Assembly (NCBI GenBank): GCA_028534125.1
Contig: CM052816.1
Span: forward strand, 33,978,001 to 34,042,000
Direction: 5' to 3'
From: Lama glama
Taxonomy: Eukaryota
Length of the DNA: 64,000 nt
Made by a program: the position numbers and the translations under genes. Positions 54,792 to 64,000 of the stretch are shown piece by piece. Position 1 is the first letter of the stretch, and each line of letters opens with the position of its first letter. The notes under the pieces were generated by a model, which searched no databases, was not told where the DNA came from, and saw only the letters and a list, made by a program, of their open reading frames with translations.

Positions 54792-57700
54792 TATACCAGT
54801 ATTGTTTGATTGGCAAACTTATGAATACATAATTTCTAAAAACATATTTCCTTATAGCATAATTTTTTACAATGTGTACAAGACATATTTCTAATAAACC
54901 CAAATATCCTTAGTTTTTGATAATAAGACAAAAGTAAGTAAATTTAGACTTATTTAGCAATTAATGTCTCAGTATTTTATTTTATTTGGGAAATGGTCTA
55001 GACATTCAGTGAATTCCCATCATTTAACTTAACTTGGCAAAAATCTAAAGTTTTAAATTACCAAAATATTTTGGAAGTTATTTTTAGTCTTATCCCACTT
55101 TTTTCTATCTAAATCACTTGTTAGCAACAAATATGTTTAGATTATTTATGGTAAATTCATGAGACATTAAACAAACTCAACCATCATCCCAAGCTATTTT
55201 TCTAGCTGACAGATTTTATAACTGAGATAACATGAACTTATTTGACTTTCAGTAAACCTAGTTACAATAAAGGAATTATACTTAATGCTGATACCGCTAA
55301 AGACATGTCTATGTTAATTAAGTCAACGAACTTAAACTAGCTTTAATACTGAATATTTTCTCAGATCATGAATTTCAATCTGAAATTCATTTGGGTTAGT
55401 TTCTATTACATATTTCTGATAATTTATGTAAGTGCTTAATTTTCTTTTAGCCAACTAAATAGAGCTCTTTTACAGGTTAATTTTATCAATACCACCTTAA
55501 AGTAGAAAATACTGCATATCTATAACACATATGTAGACACATAAAAGCAGAAACAGGTGCAGAGACCTCATAGCTCCCATTTCAGCCATGAATCAGGTAT
55601 GATAATACAAAAACCAGTCACAAAGGAAGTTAGATTCAAATTGGGTTCCCAGTAGTTGAAACAAGTGAAGGTCATATGTTCAGATGGCTAAACCTTTTCC
55701 ACTAGTATCTGTGGAGAATACACTGAAGATTTCTATTTATCCTTAACAAGTCAAGTTCCAATGATCTTTCCCCTTTTTGTTTTTTCTTCTAACTAAAAGG
55801 AACCTCCCTAAAACTTGCATTTTAATGGGATGGCCAAGATAAGAGTTGTAGAGAAGACAATGAAATGGTAGAACATTTACATCTCTAAGGCAAAGAGAGG
55901 GAAATGCAAGTTCCTCTTAAAAAAAACAACAAAACTTTAGGTCCCCTAAGGCCATATTAGAAAAACAACTTTTAAGACTTTTAAGATAAATAGAGGAGGT
56001 TTTGGGAATGGTAAAAAAACACTGGTGGGCTTTGAATTGTTTCTGGAGCCACAAATCTGGTACTTTAAGACTAGATTTGTAAAAAAACAAAATAGGCTGT
56101 TTTTAATTCCAAAGAACTGGTTGCCACCTAAATGAAATCAAAGGATTGACATATGCATCCACCTGTGCTGCTCTGTTTTTCCTTCCCACTCGACACATTT
56201 AGCTTAGGAATTTTTTTAAAGCCTTTTCCCCTATCATGCTCTACATATCACCTCTATGGTCTCTGGTCATCAGTCAGGTCTTGTGGCCCCTCAGTTTATT
56301 TTCTTATCTATTTACTAGTTTCAACAGGCAATCCATGTACAAAAACCTCTGAGAATCCTTTCTGGGTTTAAGTTGTTTACTTATGGCCCTTAGTTTGGCC
56401 TTTGACCAGAACATGATCAGTTATAGCCTCAGGTGGTTCCATTATGAAAAGCTGTGGTTTAAGCATCTCTTTAGAGCAGAAAGGCAGTTAAAACAGGAGT
56501 ACTAGAATGAGCTCTCAAATAAAAGAGGATAGAGTAGAGCAGCTGGAGTAATGTGAATCTTACAGTCTTTTGTTTGAGGTGCCTTTTATATCTTTAATTT
56601 TTCAAAAGCCTTGCCAACAAATCCCTAAGTGAAGTTATTTTGGAATTTAAAAGACATTTGGGGCTTCTGCATACCAATTAAAATCGGTAAAATTGTTTAC
56701 GGTGAGAATTCTCTAAAATTTTGCCAATTCAGAAGTTTTTCCAATTCAAAAGTTCCATCATCTGGCTATTGACAAGTAGGATCTTAACAGGAACTCAAAT
56801 GAGTAAGAGCGAGAGGCATCCCCACAAGAGACGGCAAAGGATGCAGCCCTCACAAGACCCAGAAAGTTCACTCCCATTGATAGTCTAAGAAAGTAAAGGC
56901 CCTCAGAGGACAGGCAGAAGCAATGAAGGCTGAGACGACCAAGGCCCCTTATGGACTGGGCCCCTTATGGCAAACTCCCCTGAGACCTAGCACAGCCAAA
57001 GGTCACTCAGCTTAGGATCCCAGTCTATTTGACCGACAGGCAAATACATACTGGTATGTGTACCTTCTGGATGGTGGAGACCAGAGAGAGTATTCTCATT
57101 GGTCAACAAGCCAAGTCCTCAGGACACATAACAAGACAGAAGGGAAAAATCGCATCTAGTTTTTTCTTACATACACATTAACAGTTTTAATTATGCCTTG
57201 GGTTTCTTGTAGCCAAACTAATACCTAAGAGGGGTGTCCTGTGGGGTTGGGGATTGTGTGTTGCTTTACAGAGTAGCTCATTAATTGGAAATTTTCTTCA
57301 GGTTGGTGGGTGACCTAGTGTGACCTAATTTGTTCTGTGACCAACATATCCTTTCATGGCTGTCTTTTTGAGGTGGGGAGTGCCCTAATGACCCTTAAAT
57401 GCTCTATCTCTGCCCACCCATGGTGCAATTGTGGTTTCCATGCTATCCCTTAGCAATAGCTTTTACCTTTTGTTATGTTAATCCACAGCAAACTGGTCTT
57501 CTGAGGCCCACAAACTCACCAGTGTGCAGAGCTGGCTCAGACAGCAGACTTTTAAGACCTGTGCCTGCATGTTTCCCTATGGAATTTCCTTCTTATGACA
57601 AATGATACAGTAGACAGAGACAAAGGAAAACATTAACCGTCTCTGGGAGGTAAAGGATCAACAAACCAAGAGTACCCTGCCAAATTTCCTAAGAGTTGCT

Positions 57701-57921
57701 GAGTCTAAGAGCTAGCCCTACAAATATGTTCTCCTGCTAATGTAAATTTAGAAAAGAGAAAAAAGACTCTTAACACTGTTATTTTCAACATACTCTGCAA
57801 GCAGAGATCCAGGAGACTAACATGGTAAGAATTCTCACCTTCTGCTAGCTTTTGTCAGGTGTTTCGGGATCCCTTACCTGCAGCATCCCTGGGGCAAGTA
57901 GCATCCGACCAGTAAAGGTGA

Positions 57922-57939
57922 ATCCTATCCGTGTCGCCA
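57922..57939 (-). other. Retroviral primer-binding site, tRNA-Ser(GCT)-like
   Basis: Minus strand TGGCGACACGGATAGGAT vs recalled Ser(GCT) PBS TGGCGACGAGGATGGGAT (15/18); candidate splice donor CAG|GTAAGG ~45 nt downstream (57877). Confidence 0.7.
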
Positions 57940-57940
57940 G

Positions 57941-58094
57941 TTCTTGGAGGGGAAGAAATTTTCCTCAGCCTTCCTAGGTTCTTCTGGCTAGTCTAAGGAT
58001 TAAATGACATGAGACAGATGAACAGGAGAAAATCAAACAAAGTTTAATAACATGTATAAATGGGAGAGACCCAAAAAGCTAAGTAACCAACATG
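57941..58094 (-). promoter_or_regulatory. 5' LTR portion (R-U5) of the ERV
   Basis: Adjacent to the PBS; contains ATTAAA on the minus strand; similarity to the 3' LTR stops before the TATA-like box. Confidence 0.75.
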
Positions 58095-59098
58095 AAGTAT
58101 GTTCCATATCTTACTATTTTCCTTACTTTTTAAACCATTTTAAAATGATTTAAAAACACTTTTTCAGTATTTAAAATATTTTTTAATTTTTTAAAGGATG
58201 TATTTAAAATGGGTTATTATTACTAAGAGTTTTAAGTATTTAGAATAGTTCCTGCCAAATAATAAATACTTTATGAAGGCTAGTTATTTTAAGTATCTAT
58301 TACCTATTCTATTTGCAATTTTTAAAATTTAAACTGTTTAGATTCAGGTTCACATTAATTTTTTAAAAACACTATTTTTTAGAGCAGTTTTAGATTCACA
58401 GCAAAAGTTAGCAGAAATGGAATTAATTTCTTAATCTTAATTTTTTTCTACAGATTTATTTTTAACATTTCTATATTGATTTTTACAAGTACATTAAAAT
58501 TATTTAAAATTAAATTTAGGTTTTATGAATTTTATTTTGTCACATATTTCAGACTGAAGATGGCTTGTACTGGCTGAGTCTTTCCTCCTTTTTTATTCTC
58601 CACTTTTCAAGTATAGTCCAAATCCTGACTTTTCTGTTCTGTAGCTTCCTTAGCGACGAGATATTTAAAATTTTGTCTCTGGTCTTAACTGCTAATAGTA
58701 ATTAACAGTTTTATTGTAAACCAAATGGAGGGAGAAAATGAAGAAATAAACAAAGGAAGGTCTTTGTTATTTGAAGCTAGGAAACTTGCATTTGTCAAAT
58801 AAACAAGAGAACTAAATAACAGATGTTGTTTTTCCTCTCCAAGTCTTCTCCTCAGGACTATATTCAATTTAGGAGCACTCTTATAAGCCCTGCTTATGAA
58901 ATATACTAGAAAACATCCCTATTTCTCCACCTCCACTGTTAATTCCAAGTTCAAGCCATCATCATCTTTCATCCTGATAATAAAACCAGTCTGTGTTCTA
59001 CTATTAGACTAATATTTTATCTCACTAAGTGACTTAGCTGTGAGGAGTCCCTTTATTGTGAGCAGAGAAGTAGAGTGGATCTTGACATACAGTGGACC

Positions 59099-59587
59099 TG
59101 TGAACCAAAATACTGCAATGTGAATGAAAATACTGCAACCATATCAGTAAACAAAGAATGCTGAAACCAAGTCACAGTAGCTGCCGCCACCCCCTAGTGA
59201 GGACAGGCCTGCAGCCCAGCCTCTGCAGCCACTCACAATGGTGCACTCTGAGGGGACTCGGAATAAGAAAGGACAGGATACTGGCCCTAGATAGCTAGGT
59301 GCTTGTAAAAGGAATGAATTCAGTGAGCCCAAATCTTTGCTTCCTCCCATACATAGAAAAGCACTGAATTCTTTAACTTGAGATGCCTGGTTTTCTTTAG
59401 ATAGCAAGCAATCTTTTATTGTTCCAACTACCTGGTCTTTGTTGTAAAGCTCCTGTATATCCTAGCTCCTCCCCTACCTCTTCGGAGCAGTCCCTCAGGG
59501 CGATCTGAGAGGCTGTCATCTGGGCTTCCTCCTGCCAAATAAAACGTAACTCTTAACTTTTAGGCTGCACATTTATATCAGTCGACA
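59099..59587 (+). mobile_element. ERV1-class solo LTR
   Basis: TG...CA termini, 4-bp TSD gacc (59095-59098, 59588-59591), AATAAA at 59538-59543. Confidence 0.92.
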
Positions 59588-61249
59588 GACCTCTACAAGG
59601 AATCTCTCTATCCAAGGATAAAATACTCTTATTTACCTTGTTGCCTGAGTAATGTCCATTGGAATAGTAATTTTTGGAGTTCATATTGTTTCCTGGATAT
59701 CCTTGCCCCCACCAAAGTTTTCCAACTCAGAAACCTTATAGCACCTGGATCATGCTCTATAGTTTAGACCTAAAATATGATGTTTTATATGGTTTGTATA
59801 CTGGTACTGATCATTTTATTAGTCCCCATTGTTAAAAGTTAATTTTTCTTCATTATCTCCTTACTCTTTTAAATCGGTAGTTCTTATGTTATATCCAACT
59901 TGATCTGCATTGATCTAAAAAATAAATGGTCAACAAGCATTCTGATTGATTTATTAATAGAGTTAAATGCAAGTCCTGGCCAAAATTAATCCTTTAAGGA
60001 TACAAGTAATTACAATTTGAGGTACTTTATATTATTTTGAAAAACAGGAGACATATCACACTAGAACAAATATGTTTGAAACAGTGAGCCACTGAATTGT
60101 GATTTCAGTCTTTACAAGAATGAAAAATGTTTTCCCCAGTGCTTCTGATTAAATTTAATGGATGGCAACTCAATTAGGTTAACATGTCTGGAAAAATAAA
60201 ATAGTCAATTTGACAGTTAGATGTAGACCCTGGTTCTGACATTAAAGTCAATACTGAATAAGCCAACATTTTTTCTCATTACTCTCCTTCAAATTTAGAG
60301 AGATTGTAACTTTTAAAATAATTTTCACTTAAAGGTCAATTGTTCAGGTTAAATTCATTAGCAGCATATGTCATGAGGTAGCTGCAAATACAGCATTAAT
60401 AATATTTTGTTATTGAAAAATTTCATTTCCAGTTTTAGTTCAGTCACTTAGTAGCTATGTGTGTTTAAGCAATGGACCTGTTTACTCAGAGCCTGTTTAT
60501 ATGAAATTAGAGTAATGTCTGCCTTTTGTGTTCCATCAAAAGGATTAAATGAAATAGTGCCTATAATGAAAGCATTTATCTACTCAACAACACTTCTAGA
60601 GAAAAATAATTCTTTATCTCGAGCTAATTTCATTTTAACAATTTCAAAGTCTTATTTTAGGCTATAAAATAAAAGGTCACATCATCTTGAAATGCATTTT
60701 CTAAATAAAAACACCTTGCTTCTAAGAAACTTGCTCTCATGCATCCTTTGATCTGATAACTAGGCCTTCTGATAATCAAGAAGATAAAGTAATTTAATTA
60801 CAACAAAAATTGTAACAATAGCCTCTCTCTCTGCTGTTGAAAGAGTACATGTTAGATGTTATACACAGGTAATAACCTGGGAAAAGGTCAGCATTCTGTT
60901 GTTTGGATAATTGTTCCACAGAGTGGGCTGGGTACAGCCAGACTAGATGTGGCCGTGGAGAAAATGGCCTCTTGAGCCTCTCTTCTGAGCATCCTGCCCC
61001 ATCAGGATGAATACTCTGTAAACAGTAGCCCACATATAATGTTTGTTATAACAAAAGATAAAAACACAATTACTGCTTGCTGCAGGTGCAGCCATGAAGG
61101 GGAAGTAATGAAAGGAAGGAGAGAAAGAATATGGTTGATGGCTTCATGTCTGTCACCAACCCCCCCACCCCCGTCTCATGCTGGCTTCTGTCTAGACGTT
61201 AGGATGGCTCATGATCTTTGTGCCAAGTCACAAGCAACCTCGCTATGGC

Positions 61250-63280
61250 TGCCCCCACAATTGGCCATTTATGTAGCCACTCCAGCAGTCTTTTGATGAA
61301 TGTTAGCAGGTTATTAGATTAGTGTTGGCAGGGCATATGGTTTTCTGTCCTACTTTTAACCTGCTTGTGGTTAGGGGTAGGCTTTTTGTAGACAGCTTGG
61401 ACTTGAGTCTTTCTTTCTAGCCAATCTGTCAGTCTTCGCCATGGAATTGGGGTGTGCAGACCATATACATTGAATAGAGTTATTTATTTGATTTGGTTTA
61501 ATTATACCATCTTTCTATTTGTTTCCTATTTCTTTTTGTTCTTTTTGTGCTTACTTTTGAATTAACTGAACAGTTCTATGATTGATTTTATGTCCTTTGT
61601 TGACTTATTAGCTATTACTCTTTATTATCTAATTTATGGGATGGCTATATGGGTCACAGTATACATCTTCAGCTTAACACAGTCAACTTTCCAGGGCTTA
61701 TGGTAGTATAAGAACACTAAACTTCTATTTATCCCATCCTGGCCTGTGTGTTATTCTTGTCATGAATTTAACTTCTACACTGGCTGTAAATCATCCAACG
61801 TATGTTACAATTTTTGACTGTAAATACTGAATTTACATAAAAGAAACACAATCAATACTTGCTGCAGTTCCCGCCATGCAGGTGGGATAGTGAAAGGAGG
61901 CAGAGGCTGTTGAAGTGATTTAAATAAAATGAAAATGAAACATTTTACATTTACCCGGGTGGCTTCAATTTCTGGTCCTCTGCATGTGTTTGTGTAATCC
62001 AGATCTCTGTCTGCCATCCTGTTCCTTTTACCTAAAGGACTTCCTTTTACGTTTCTTATGATGTAAAATATGCAAGCCTGCTGATAATGAATTCTTTAAA
62101 TTTTTATAAATTTGAAAAAGTGTTTACTTTGCCTTAAATTTTTAAAGAGATTTTCTGTGAGTAAAGAATTCTATATTGATAGGGTTTTGTTTTGTTCTGG
62201 TTTTTTTATTTCAGTATTAACGATATTGCTCTATGATCTTCTGTCTTCCATTATTTTCTGTCTTACTAGTGCTATAATATATAATTATAGGTAAAATCTG
62301 TTATTGTTATCTTTGCCTCTTTGTACATACTGTGTATTTTTTCTTTGCTTGTAATTTTTTTTCTGTCACCTCTGTGCAGTAATTTCATTATGATATGCCT
62401 GGGTGAAAGTTTCTGTATGTTTCTTTGCTTAGGGTTAGTTGAGCTTATTAGATCTCTGGATTGGTAGTTTTAAGCAATCTTCAAAAAAATCTGGCCATTA
62501 TTTCTTCATTTTTTTTTGTTTCCCCCTATCATGGTATTCTATCATGGTATTCTATTTTTGTTAATCTATTTTTAAAAATTTGGTCTGTAAGAGTTATATT
62601 AGAGAGTGATCTACTTGCATGCATTGATACAACTCGCTCTGTCTCAGAGTCTGTAAGGGGAGTTACTAGGTTTTCTCAGGCAATACCCAGTCTCTCCACA
62701 AATGCCCTTCTATATAAATAGCAGTATTTAAAATGTAAATAAATAGCTTTTTATTCTACATATTTGAGATTATTTTGTACATATAATTTTGTAATTTGCT
62801 CTCTTCAGTTATTTATATAATGTGAAGTTTTTTTTTTTTGCCAACTCATTAAATCTCTCTATAATGAAAATGTCATGAGAGCAGGGATCTTCTGTCCTAT
62901 TCTTTGCTGTATTCCACTACTAGAGCAGAAAGTGATGCATGGCAGATACTCAGGGAGTATTCAGGGGGAAAAAAAAAAGAAAGTATTCAGGGGGAAAGTC
63001 AATAAGTGAACTCTTAGTTTTTGTAATCAATAGATAGTATTGAGTACATATTGCATACAGGAGTCATAGCTAATTTAATAGGTTCTCTATCGTTGGTCAT
63101 TTAGTTTCCGAATGTTTTACTTTTATTAGCAATGCAGTGATGAGTAAACTTGTAGATACACGGTTGGGCACATTTTTTTGTTTATATAGTTCAAGGTCCT
63201 AAATTAGTGGTTATGTACATGTGTTAAATTTTTAGAATTGTCAGATTGCAAAAGCACAATTTAAATGTTTGTGTACCAAA
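61250..63280 (-). mobile_element. Ancient L1M fragments with small L2 piece (~62870-62960)
   Basis: tttttgtagacagc..ccaatctgtcagtct..gaattggggtgtgcagaccatatacattgaat; aaaagtgtttactttgcctt..agattttctg. Confidence 0.65.
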
Positions 63281-64000
63281 ATAATAAGATGATAGTCTAG
63301 ACAGAAGATTAAAATTGAAGTCTTAAATTAAAATAAATTAATGGTACACTAGGGAGAATAAGAAAATAATATTCTGTTATGTTCAGACTCTGATAGTGAA
63401 TCTGGGCCCATCTAAACTATTAGGCAGCCTGACTTCAGGGCGGGTAAAGGGATGGGGTTCCAGACCACCCTTTCATGAACGCTGCCTTGTCTTTGATGTT
63501 AACCACCAATCCCAGATGACACTGATGGAATGGCTTCAGAAGTTGAATGTGACATCTTTGTCAGGTAGAGGTCCCAGTGACAAATAGAAAGCTGGACATA
63601 ACCACAGCTCCGAGGAACTTCCTGTTTGATGCCTCACTGATACAATATTTTATCAAGACAGCTTCCCCAGCAGGCTGATCTTCTTGACCTGGTTTTCCCT
63701 GTCTTTGTCTCTTAGTATATTCATTTGACAGTGTGCTAATGCAGTTTCAGAAAGACAAGACAGCTTTTCACTCTGCATCTACATTGAAAATCTTTGGCTT
63801 TTGGTAGTGCTTTTCTTGTGTGATTTGTCAGATAGCCTCAGTTTTCTTCAGGCTTACAAAGATGTACTTACTGACTTAGGGAAGCCAGTCCCAGGCTTTG
63901 GCTGGCATCCTGCGTGAGCGGTACCAGGGCAGGCATGAGCACGCTCTGCTTTTCACTTGCCATCTCAAGGTCCTGGGCAAACATCTGCAGTTTAGTTATC

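Larger units (their letters stand above)
49935..58094 (-). mobile_element. ERV1-class (MER4-group-like) element with AT-rich internal region lacking recognisable ORFs; both LTRs incomplete
   Basis: Shared ~75-bp terminal repeat (49943-50021 vs 58020-58094), PBS at 57922-57939, degenerate polypurine tract near 50356-50372. Confidence 0.85.

Noticed and set aside
50360..57920. gag/pol/env coding capacity in the ERV
   Set aside because: No retroviral protein motifs in the ORF track; the only recognisable peptides belong to the nested L1
62526..62555. 13-bp tandem duplication ctatcatggtatt
   Set aside because: Ordinary slippage duplication in decayed L1

Overview
AT-rich mammalian genomic DNA, very probably camelid (alpaca/llama/camel), judged from three tRNA-derived Vic-1-type SINEs. 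The only protein-coding sequence I can support is one internal + strand exon (5413-5660) matching the C-terminal region of TMEM232. The rest is intronic and roughly half transposon-derived: L1 of several ages (almost all antisense to the gene), an ERV1-class element, solo LTRs, MIR/L2 and DNA-transposon relics. Most ORFs in the track are broken L1 ORF2 pieces, their antisense shadows, or noise. The interesting signal is retroelement architecture. (1) An ~8 kb ERV has the R-U5...U3-R-poly(A) layout of an mRNA, i.e. an apparent L1-made retrocopy of an ERV transcript. (2) A head-to-tail triplication of an L1 3' end has copies sharing private lesions, and a further frameshift is shared with a separate L1 upstream of the exon. 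(3) A twin-primed L1 carries a 180-bp inverted copy of its own downstream flank. (4) A mini-L1 has its 5' terminus fused to its 3' end. Repeat family names and the TMEM232 match come from recalled consensus sequences, not from searches; boundaries of old repeats are approximate.
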